64,000 nucleotides of DNA from Candidatus Krumholzibacteriia bacterium (GTDB lineage: Bacteria; Krumholzibacteriota; Krumholzibacteriia; JAJRXK01), in NCBI GenBank assembly GCA_041484665.1, contig JBGPIA010000005.1, positions 179,342 to 243,341 of the forward strand, written 5' to 3'. The position numbers and the translations under genes were made by a program. Positions 44,373 to 52,716 of this stretch are shown piece after piece. Under the pieces are notes generated by a model. The model was not told the DNA's origin, did no database searches, and was given only the letters and a program-made list of their open reading frames with translations. How positions within the stretch are numbered: the stretch's first letter is position 1; each line of letters opens with the position of its first letter.

Positions 44373-44536
44373 AAAACTGCGCCTCCACGGCCCCGTTCCT
44401 AAGCTCCACTCCGAGCAATTCTTCAACAGCGCGACTTGCGCGTTTGTGCCTTGTTTTGTAGGATTTCCTGCGCGACGCACACCTTGTCAGCGCGTCGCAG
44501 CCAGGGTCAGCCTGGGTCAGGCGTGCGCGGCGCAAT

Positions 44537-44560
44537 CGGAACCTGAAACGGAACCTGAAA
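44537..44560 (+). repeat. perfect 12-bp direct repeat, candidate integrase arm-type sites
   Basis: cggaacctgaaa x2 between the tRNA junction and integrase start; imperfect ccagggtcag/cctgggtcag pair at 44501-44520. Confidence 0.6.
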
Positions 44561-44581
44561 AACGCCCTGGAGGGTGGGGAG

Positions 44582-45808
44582 ATGCGCTTCTCAGACCGCG
44601 GCATAGCGGCGCTGAAGCCACGGGTGCGGGCGTATGACGTGCGGGAAGCACGCGGGTTCACCCTGCGGGTCTGGCCGAACGGCACGAAATCCTGGCACTA
44701 CGTGTACGACCTACACCGCAAACGCCGACGCTTCCACCTCGGCACGTACCCGCTCCTGAGCGTGGAGGCCGCACGCCAAGCGCACGAGCACGCACGAGCC
44801 CAGCGAGCCCAGGGAATCGACCCCTCCGTTGCGGCCGCGGAGGCACGCACAGCCGCAGCCGCCCAGGCGGTCCAGGAAGCCGCAAGCGCCCCAACGGTTG
44901 CGTGGCTGGTCGCGGAGTACATTGAGCGCTGGGCAAAGCGACGCAAGAGGACGTGGCGTGAGGACGAGCGCATCCTCCGCAAGTACATCCTCCCCCACTG
45001 GGGGGACCGGCAAGCCGCGTCCATCACGCGCCGCGACGTGAACACCCTCCTCGACAGCCTCATTGATGGAGGCATGGGAGCGGGCGCGAACAGGGTCTTT
45101 GCGATCACGCGCAAGATGTTCAACTTCGCACTCGCCCGCGACTTCGTCTCCGCTTCGCCCTGCCACCAAGTCAAAGCACCTGCACCCGAACACCGCCGCG
45201 ACCGGGTCCTCACCGCGGACGAAATCCGCGCATTCTGGACTGGCCTAGACGATGCGCTACTACCGCCCGGCACGAGGAGCATGCTGCGCCTCGCACTCCT
45301 CACTGCGCAGCGCATCGGAGAAATCGCCGGCGCACGCTGGGACGAATTCGACCTCGACGCGGGGTGGTGGACGATTCCCGCGGAGCGAGCCAAGAACAAG
45401 CTTGCCCACCGCGTCCCCCTCACCAAACCAGTACTCCGCATCATCGCCGAAGCACGCTGGACCAGTCAGGCGTCACCCTACGTCTTCCCCGCGCACCGCG
45501 CAGGACAACCCGTCCGTGTCAGCACGATAGGCCACGCCCTACGCGAATGGCTCACCAGCGACCAGCGACCCGCAGGCCTTGCAGCATTCACCGCCCACGA
45601 CCTACGGCGAACAGCCGCCAGCCACATGACAAGCCTCGGTACACCGCGCCTAGTAGTCGCAAAGATCCTGAACCACGCAGAACCAGGAGTCACCGCCACC
45701 TACGACCGGCATGCCTACGACGCCGAAAAACGCGACGCCCTCAACCGCTGGGCAACCCACCTCGAGACACGCACCAAGAACCACGAGCGCACCAGCGCGG
45801 AGGCATGA
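44582..45808 (+). CDS. tyrosine integrase (P4-like, N-terminal arm-binding domain)
   Basis: LRVWPNGTKSW..LGTYP.LS; catalytic TAQRIGE, AKNK, HDLRRT, ILNH, TYDRH. Confidence 0.95.
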   Translation: MRFSDRGIAALKPRVRAYDVREARGFTLRVWPNGTKSWHYVYDLHRKRRRFHLGTYPLLSVEAARQAHEHARAQRAQGIDPSVAAAEARTAAAAQAVQEAASAPTVAWLVAEYIERWAKRRKRTWREDERILRKYILPHWGDRQAASITRRDVNTLLDSLIDGGMGAGANRVFAITRKMFNFALARDFVSASPCHQVKAPAPEHRRDRVLTADEIRAFWTGLDDALLPPGTRSMLRLALLTAQRIGEIAGARWDEFDLDAGWWTIPAERAKNKLAHRVPLTKPVLRIIAEARWTSQASPYVFPAHRAGQPVRVSTIGHALREWLTSDQRPAGLAAFTAHDLRRTAASHMTSLGTPRLVVAKILNHAEPGVTATYDRHAYDAEKRDALNRWATHLETRTKNHERTSAEA

Positions 45809-45976
45809 CAACGACCACGACCCAGCACGGAAAGCCACGCGACGCGAGCGTGGATCAGGGCGGCGCTCCTGCGTCTGGAATCCGTGTGCACAACGGCGCG
45901 AGGCGGATCTGATCGCAACCAACAGACGCACCATCGCGATCGACCTGACGAGCATCCTGAGGAGGGCGGAGCGGGT

Positions 45977-46838
45977 ATGGAGTACTTCAGCGACCGGGAA
46001 GGCGGAGCCCGCCCCGCCACGAACCTGGAGATTGGCTCAGCCGCGTGGGGCGGATGCGTCGCGCTCGTCGGAAAGTACATCTCGAACGGAGGGTTTGGCA
46101 TCGACTTCCGGGACGACTGCCCGGACGGCCGCGGGCCCATCGGCACCGACAGCCACGAGTTTGGCCTGGCCGTGCGGGGCGAAATCCCCGAACTCGACTG
46201 GCCACTCCAACCGCGCACACCGCCCCGCACCCCCGTCATTCTTGACTTCTTGGAACTCTGCTGGCAGCACGTTGCCGAGCCCATCGAAGGGTCCTACACA
46301 GCTTCTTCGGTCACGCCCATCTCGGCTTCGAGCGCGAACAAGGACAGCACGAATTCCTGGAGGGCGTGAACCGGATCTTCACACGCAACCAGCTCGCGTA
46401 CCGGATGGGAGAAGGCGGGCGCGTCGTACGGTTGGGTCCACCGGTGCTCCAAGAACAGCTCGCGGCCCACGATTCGCGACCGGTGACGACAAGCTCGACG
46501 AGCTACTCGCAATCGCACAACGAAAATTCCTCGACCCCGATCCAGTTGTTCGCCGCGAGGCCCTCGAGAAACTCTGGGACGCCTGGGAACGACTGAAAAC
46601 GCTCGAACCTGGCAAGGACAAGAAGGCATGCACGAACGCGCTGCTGGACAAGGCAGCAGCTGAGCCCACATTCAGAGAGCTCTTGGAGACGGAAGCGCTC
46701 GCACTCACCGAGGCGGGCAACACCTTCCACATACGCCACAGCGAGACTAGCCAAGTGGAGCTTGGCACCGAGGACCACGTAGACTACTTGTTCCACCGCC
46801 TCTTCGCGCTCATCTGGCTGCTCCTCCGCGCGCGTTAG
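45977..46838 (+). pseudogene. AbiJ N-terminal-domain-like protein, two frameshifts
   Basis: YFSDRE..WGG..CPDG; one base missing near 46297 and one near 46467; restoring them gives SFFGHAHLGF..NRIFTRN and TGDDKLDELL..LEKLWDAWERLKT..FHIRHSE..YLFHRLFA. Confidence 0.7.
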
Positions 46839-46899
46839 AAAGGCCACCGGAGTTTGACCTTCACCCACGTGGTCAGTGCCTGGCTGCCGACGGAGCCTG

Positions 46900-47445
46900 T
46901 CAGGCCAGCGAGCTGCCCAAGACGTCGCCCAGACCGAGGTTCGTCAGACGGATCGTCATGGCCTGCTCGCTCACGTCGTAGCGTCGGGCGAGGCGCGTGA
47001 TGAGTTCATCCGCGTCGAGCCCATCGGTTTCCTCTTCTTCCGCGAGGTCGTCGAGAAGAAACCCTGCCGGCATCAACAACTCCGCAGCAAAACGGTTTGC
47101 CTCTACCTCGCGCGGATCAGTTCCTGTTGCAGCTCGGGAGTCGCGAAAGCGCACTGGGAAGCTACGGTCCACGAAGACCGCGTCGGTCTTCCCGTGGATC
47201 AGCAGATGACCTAATTCGTGGGCAATCGTGAACCGTTGTCGTGCCTCCGCATCGAGACTATTGACACCGATGATCCAATCCTTCCCACGCCGGACCAGCA
47301 TGCCCGAAAGCTGATCCGCGAAGGGTTGGTAGCGGACGACGGCGCCACATTGGCGGGCGAGCTGTTCAACGGGAACTGGAGGCTGCGCCACCCCCGCGGC
47401 GTCCAGTACCCTTTCTGCCTTTCGACGGATTGCGGGCGAGTCCAT
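46900..47445 (-). CDS. ImmA/IrrE-family metallo-endopeptidase
   Basis: RQRFTIAHELGH (HExxH), EVEANRFAAELLMP, C-terminal VS..AM.IRL. Confidence 0.92.
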   Translation of the reverse strand: MDSPAIRRKAERVLDAAGVAQPPVPVEQLARQCGAVVRYQPFADQLSGMLVRRGKDWIIGVNSLDAEARQRFTIAHELGHLLIHGKTDAVFVDRSFPVRFRDSRAATGTDPREVEANRFAAELLMPAGFLLDDLAEEEETDGLDADELITRLARRYDVSEQAMTIRLTNLGLGDVLGSSLA

Positions 47446-47776
47446 GGCCGACCTCCTGAGGGACAGGCTCTGCTACGAGGCTTTCATAGTACGCTTGGAT
47501 TTCCGAGGTAATTTTGGGGTGGGGGGCCGCCGCACCCGACGGCGCGGGCGGCAACTGCGGCAGGAGGTCGTGGGGGTCCACCCCGAGCACACCAGCGATA
47601 TGGTAGATGGCGTGCACCGGCGGGCGCTGCTTGCCCTGCTCCACGTTCACGATGGAGATCCGGCTCAACCCAACCAAGCCTGCGAGTCGGCCCTGGGACA
47701 GCTTCTGCTGCTCCCGAGCCCTCCGGATTCGGCGGCCAATCTCCGCGTAGAGCGCCCGTGCCTGATCGTACGCCAT
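47366..47776 (-). CDS. XRE-family HTH regulator
   Basis: IGRRIRRAREQQKLSQGRLAGLVGLSRISIVNVEQGKQRP; overlaps the peptidase start. Confidence 0.9.
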   Translation of the reverse strand: MAYDQARALYAEIGRRIRRAREQQKLSQGRLAGLVGLSRISIVNVEQGKQRPPVHAIYHIAGVLGVDPHDLLPQLPPAPSGAAAPHPKITSEIQAYYESLVAEPVPQEVGHGLARNPSKGRKGTGRRGGGAASSSR

Positions 47777-47858
47777 GCTGGCACCATAGCTGTCCTGACA
47801 CTAAGACGTCTACCACGATTACACTGTATGCCACAGCTACAGATCTACGAAAATCAGG

Positions 47859-47886
47859 TTGACAGCCTGGTGACCGTGCGTATCCT
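47859..47886 (+). promoter_or_regulatory. candidate sigma70 promoter for the divergent operon
   Basis: TTGACA-N16-TATCCT in the AT-richer intergenic region. Confidence 0.55.
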
Positions 47887-47948
47887 GGCCCGCAATCCGC
47901 CGTCTCGCCCCAACGCGCGGAGCTCTCGTCACCAGGAAGGAGACGCCG

Positions 47949-48209
47949 ATGGCCGACCGCCAGGTCGCCCGCAGCCGCAAGGACAAGTTGGGCGACATCA
48001 CCGCGCTGTGCAATCCCGCCGAGTCCTGGTCGCCACGATCGAAGTTGGACGCGATCAGCGACATTGAGCTCGGGATTCACAGCTACTACGTCCTCGTCGG
48101 CGGCGCACGCGCCAACATCCACGTCGTCAACGGCCCGGGTGGCAAGTACCTGCGCACGAGCCACGACATGACGACCCACAACAACCTCGATGACCTACCC
48201 GACTGCTAG
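47949..48209 (+). CDS. DUF3892-like small protein
   Basis: RBS aaggag; DAISDIE.G..YYV..VVNG..KYLRT..D.T.NNLDDLP. Confidence 0.75.
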   Translation: MADRQVARSRKDKLGDITALCNPAESWSPRSKLDAISDIELGIHSYYVLVGGARANIHVVNGPGGKYLRTSHDMTTHNNLDDLPDC

Positions 48210-48243
48210 GTGCAGCCGGGTAGGCCCAGAAGGAGCGGAGACG

Positions 48244-48429
48244 ATGAGCGAGCACTACAAGCCCGGAGAGAGAGTCCCACGCTCGGGGCAGTACCAGCGC
48301 GTCGGCAAACGAGGCGGAGCCGGCCCGGAGGTGACTGGCACAAAGGGAGAACGTTTCCCACCCACGCCGGAGAGGGGACAACGGTACCGGCTCGTCGACC
48401 CGACCAAGAACAAGTCGGGCCGACCGTAG
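48244..48429 (+). CDS. YjzC-like small protein
   Basis: YKPGERVPRSGQY..G.RGG..EVT..KGERFPPT; RBS ggag. Confidence 0.75.
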   Translation: MSEHYKPGERVPRSGQYQRVGKRGGAGPEVTGTKGERFPPTPERGQRYRLVDPTKNKSGRP

Positions 48430-48565
48430 CGCGCGGCGGAGCCCGGGCACCCGACCGCCGGGCCAATGCCCACGCCCGAGCGTGCTGTCGGACGGACCGC
48501 GCGACGCAGGACGAGAACGCCGCTGAGGCCGCGAACCACGTGGTCTTGGGATGAGGAGGTTGACG

Positions 48566-49117
48566 ATGACGACGATGACCGCGTTCCTGGCACACTCTAC
48601 TAAAGACGCCGCGCTTGTACGTCGCGTAGCCCGTGCGAGCCGGCGCAGCGGCTTCACACCCTACCTACACGAGAACGACCCGCGGCCGGGAGAACCCCTC
48701 CACGCGAAACTTCAAGACGCGATCAGCTCCTCCGACGTGGTGATCGCGCTACTCACGCGCGAGGGCACAGAATCTGCGTACGTGCACCAGGAGGTGAGCT
48801 GGGCCCTCAAGGCAGACAAACGCGTCATCCCGCTCCTCGCACCAGGAGTACCCGCAGAAGCGCTCGGCATGTTGCAGGGAACCGAGCACATCCCCCTCGA
48901 CCCCACCAACCCGACGGCGGGGATACGCACGCTGGGACGAGCACTGCGGCGATACCAGCGCCAAGCTGCATGGCCGTGCCTGCTGACCTTGATCGCTGTA
49001 TGGGCCGGTTGGAAATGGTGGCTGCGCACACGCTCAGCGGTTAGCGTCCAATCCAAGGGCGTAACGGCATCACATACACGCAGCACCACGGCACCGATCG
49101 CGGCGAGGGATGTGTGA
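48566..49117 (+). CDS. TIR-domain protein with C-terminal hydrophobic segment
   Basis: AFLAHSTKD, DAISSSDVVIALLT, SAYVHQEVSWA (catalytic Glu), KRVIP; RBS gaggagg. Confidence 0.85.
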   Translation: MTTMTAFLAHSTKDAALVRRVARASRRSGFTPYLHENDPRPGEPLHAKLQDAISSSDVVIALLTREGTESAYVHQEVSWALKADKRVIPLLAPGVPAEALGMLQGTEHIPLDPTNPTAGIRTLGRALRRYQRQAAWPCLLTLIAVWAGWKWWLRTRSAVSVQSKGVTASHTRSTTAPIAARDV

Positions 49118-49662
49118 TGTCAAAGGCGTTCGATACCTCAGTGGACGAACTCAGGCGGGTTTGGGCCGCGTCGGACCACTTCGATTCCAAGGTGCTCACC
49201 TTCACGGGCCTTGTGGGAGCGGCGTTTGCACTCATCGCGGGCCAACTGCACCGCATGCCCGGTCTGCCCGTCTGCGCAGCCGTGCTCGTTTGGGTCGCGC
49301 TGTTATCGCTCGGCGCCTTCGCCGTCCTCGCGCTAAGCGCAACCTTCTGGATCCGCGGGGCAGGCGCGGTCAACCCGCAGCAAATTGCCGAGCACCCCGA
49401 GTTCCTTAAGGACGATGAGCTATTCGAGGCCAAGGCCTCAAAGTCACTCGGTGAGGCGTTCGCTCGTTCGCTCGCACAACATCAGCGCAAGACCGCACGA
49501 TTCAAGGTTGCGCAGCTCGTCCTTGTGGCCGCCGGGTTTAGCTTCGGCGCCGGGCTCATGGTCTGGTACATTCAAGCATCAAGGCCGCAGCCAGCTCTAA
49601 CGTCGACACGAGTGCACGCGGTCCCTGACACGACTGCCGTGCGTGAAGGAGTACAGCGATGA
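49117..49662 (+). CDS. 3-TM membrane protein
   Basis: TGATG coupling to the TIR gene; three hydrophobic helices. Confidence 0.7.
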   Translation: MSKAFDTSVDELRRVWAASDHFDSKVLTFTGLVGAAFALIAGQLHRMPGLPVCAAVLVWVALLSLGAFAVLALSATFWIRGAGAVNPQQIAEHPEFLKDDELFEAKASKSLGEAFARSLAQHQRKTARFKVAQLVLVAAGFSFGAGLMVWYIQASRPQPALTSTRVHAVPDTTAVREGVQR

Positions 49663-49781
49663 CGCAGAACGAGTGGAAGTACGACGGCGAGCGCCCTGAG
49701 TCCGCGCCGCCAGAACCACCCGATACTGCTCCGGAGCTCGCCCCCTACGAGATCTCCAGAGGGCTTCCAGACGGCAGCTGA
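49659..49781 (+). CDS. 40-aa Pro/Glu-rich small ORF
   Basis: ATGA overlap, RBS aaggag; MTQNEWKYDGERPESAPPEPPDTAPELAPYEISRGLPDGS (below ORF-track cutoff). Confidence 0.45.
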   Translation: MTQNEWKYDGERPESAPPEPPDTAPELAPYEISRGLPDGS

Positions 49782-49898
49782 GTGGCAGCGCAGGCGGGTT
49801 CGCCCGGTGCGCTCGCTGAGTGACGTAATTGGTGCGAGCGGCACCAAAGCGTTCAGCATTAGGGGGATCGCTCTCAAGCCAGCGTGGTAGACGGATTT

Positions 49899-50961
49899 AT
49901 GAAGACACTTTTTGTCATGGGCGCCGGCGCATCCCAAGCGGCGGGCTCGCCGCTCATGCAGGACTTCCTGGACCGGGCCGAGCAACTCGTCAAGGGGAAT
50001 GCCCTGAACGACGCGCCGGCAGCACACGAGGCATTCAGCGCCGTCTTCGACGCGCTCGAGGACCTGCAGCGGACGCATGCGAAGTCAGCCATCGACCTGG
50101 ACAATCTGGAGGCGGTCTTCAGCGCGTTCGAAATGGCAGGGTTCCTTGAGCATCCACCGATGCGGACACCACACGCAGACGTCCGCAAGGCGCTCGTGCG
50201 GCTCATCTGGACAACCTTAGGAGAAGAGCAACACCTTCGCCATCACGGGCGACGGGTTCCGGGTCCCAGAATCCTATGCCCAGTTCTTCGACCTCCTCGC
50301 CGGACTCCGCAAGCAGCAGGCGTACGGCGATACCGACTACTCCTTCATCACCTTCAACTACGACCTCGTTCTCGACGTCGCACTTCGCGCGAATGGCTGG
50401 TCGGTCAACTACGGGCTCACCGGCGCGCAGGGTGGCGTCCCCTTGCTAAAGCTGCATGGATCCATCAACTGGGCCGAGTGCGCGGAATGCCGCCAAGTTC
50501 TTGACTTCAACTTCTGCGACATCGACTTCCGGCGAATAGCAAGCGTCCACTCAAGTGTGCATCTTCCGGTGACAGCGCAGCTCCCGAAGATGGAGCACTG
50601 CGGAACGAAGGTTAGCGACGTGCCCTTCCTCGTGCCGCCGACCTGGAACAAGAACGCGACGAACCCGTCACTCCTCAATGTCTGGAAGCGAGCCGCGCAG
50701 GAGCTGACCACCGCGGAGAACATCTTCGTAATCGGCTACTCCCTGCCGGCAACAGACCTCTTCTTCCGCTACCTCTTCGCACTCGGAACAACCGGACCTA
50801 CCCGGATAAAACGGTTCTGGGTCTTCAACCGCGACCCAACCGGGGCCACCGAGTCACGATTCCGAGAACTCGTCGGCCCGGCGCTGCGTGCGCGCTTCCG
50901 CTACATACCATGCCTGCTCAGCGGCGTGGCCTCGATCCTGAGCACGCAACTGGGGAGCTGA
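49899..50961 (+). pseudogene. SIR2-like (SIR2_2) NADase-fold protein, one frameshift
   Basis: FVMGAGAS; one extra G at about 50220; corrected frame gives ITFNYD, LLKLHGSINW, CAEC, LVPPTWNK, IGYSLP.TD. Confidence 0.8.
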
Positions 50962-51219
50962 AGCTTTGTGGCCGCTGCACTTCAGGACTGGCACTGCAGT
51001 CGGCGGTACGGTGGCCGACGACGCGATCCCGGAACAGCGGGAGCAAGGCCGCCGGGACCTGGTCGCTAAGGGGGATACGCACTGATGTCAAGCGCACTTA
51101 GCCGTTCGCGGCGCGGCGGCGCGCGAGGAGCCGGGCGACGCGGGTCTCGATTAGGTCACCCGCTATAGCCCTGATTGGGTGTGCCCAACGTTGCCGCTCA
51201 ACTGCGAGCGCACCCGCGC

Positions 51220-51879
51220 TCACGATGGGAATTCGTCGGGCCTCACTGCGCGCCCGATAGCCGCAGCGGCGAATCCGGCGGCTCCAGCGTGCTCACGCGC
51301 ACTGAGCCGGCTCCCTCGATCGTGCGCGGCCCCGGGAGTGACGGCCTCCGTCGTCGCGATGATCAGCCAGAGGAGGACCACGAACAACCCCAATGCGCGT
51401 TCTATGACGAACACCTTTTGGCGAAGAATGAAGGTTCCGAGCCATCCTTGTGGCAACGAATGCGCGGCCGAGAGATGGTCGAAACTGATGCTCCTCGGGC
51501 CAGGGCGCCCGACTAGAAGCGCGTGGATCCGCTCGAAAGTTGAGAGGACGGCGCCCGCAGAGGTGTTGATGCGGATCTCGACCTCGCGCGCCTGGAACAA
51601 CCGCAGCAGGTAGATCTGGATGAAATGTTCAATGGTCGCGACCGTCAGCAACGAAAAAAGGAACCCCGTCACGGCAAGAACGATCTTTGCCGTGTAGGCG
51701 CCTACAGAGAAGACGGCGGCTAGCAGACCGCCATGGAGCGCAAAAAGCGCCAACATCCGCTGATAGCCCACGTTAAGCACCGTATTGTACAGCTGCACTG
51801 CACTCTGGTATTCCACCAAGAGCACCTTCAGCTCAGGAGAGATGTCATCGCCCGACGCCTTAGATATCGTGGTACTCAT
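51220..51879 (-). CDS. small multi-TM membrane protein (RipA/SLATT-like layout)
   Basis: LLVEYQ..Y helix followed by two TM helices, a soluble loop and a third TM helix; AT-richer codons. Confidence 0.55.
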   Translation of the reverse strand: MSTTISKASGDDISPELKVLLVEYQSAVQLYNTVLNVGYQRMLALFALHGGLLAAVFSVGAYTAKIVLAVTGFLFSLLTVATIEHFIQIYLLRLFQAREVEIRINTSAGAVLSTFERIHALLVGRPGPRSISFDHLSAAHSLPQGWLGTFILRQKVFVIERALGLFVVLLWLIIATTEAVTPGAAHDRGSRLSAREHAGAAGFAAAAIGRAVRPDEFPS

Positions 51880-52716
51880 GTAAACCTGCCTGCCACAGGC
51901 CGCTCAACGGCGCGGCGGCTCCGTGGTGGACGGGATTGTGAGCTTGTTCGCGGGATCGCCCGGCTGCTCCAACTGCCAGATAGTCCGGCACTTCGTTGCG
52001 GGTGCGCAACGTCCGGACTATCCAGCAGTTACCTGCGACAGTAATCCTGTGCAATGGGTAGCGACGTACAGTCTATCGCGCCAGCTGCCCGCTGCCAAGC
52101 TACTCGCAACCCATGTTGCCGGAAGCGGTTGCGGCTCTGCGCGGGCCAGGCTGTCCCTGCGATACATCCCGCCGCATCGCCGTGTATCCGGCTCGACGGC
52201 GCGCGCACCGCACCGTCAAGAGCCCTCGTCGACGAGGCGCGCACCAGCGGTAGGTGTAGGCCCCGACTGGTGGTCGCATGGCCGGATGATCGGTGCGCGC
52301 TCTGGGCGGCGGTGGCGCTACTCCGCGATCTGTTCTGACCAGAGCGCGGTCTTGGCGATGGCCCGTAGGGCGCGCTCCAGCCAGGAGGAGCGGAGTGCGT
52401 TTGGGCCGTTCGGCAGCAGGACAGCGCCGAACCAGCAATGGAGTCGCAAACGGGCTTGCGCGCCGCCGGCTGATAGGTGTACTGTCCCCAGTTGGTGGCG
52501 CTCGTGCGAGCCGCTCATTCGGTTCGGCGAGTATTGACCGGGTCCCACACCCACCGCCACACACCAACGCCGCTCGCGCCCCGGCCCATTCTCGCCCGTT
52601 CGCGGTTCGAAGCATCACGCCCTCACGCCGTTCGCCACAAGCGCAAACCGCCGAAGCCGCTCTGTTCCCAATGACGGCTGAGCCCGTCGTACACCCATTT
52701 TCAGGGAGGTACGGTC

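Noticed and set aside
44331..44395. Complete T-armless or intron-containing tRNA using ACGGCCC as the acceptor 3-prime strand
   Set aside because: Only 13 nt separate the arms, there is no T-loop or CCA, and no intron core is recognisable; an integrase junction explains it better.
48566..50961. Canonical Thoeris call
   Set aside because: No SLOG or Macro domain is visible and the gene layout differs; kept only as Thoeris-like logic.
52050..52700. ORFs in the gap before the first lipoprotein
   Set aside because: No RBS, motifs or consistent codon bias; probably decayed non-coding DNA.
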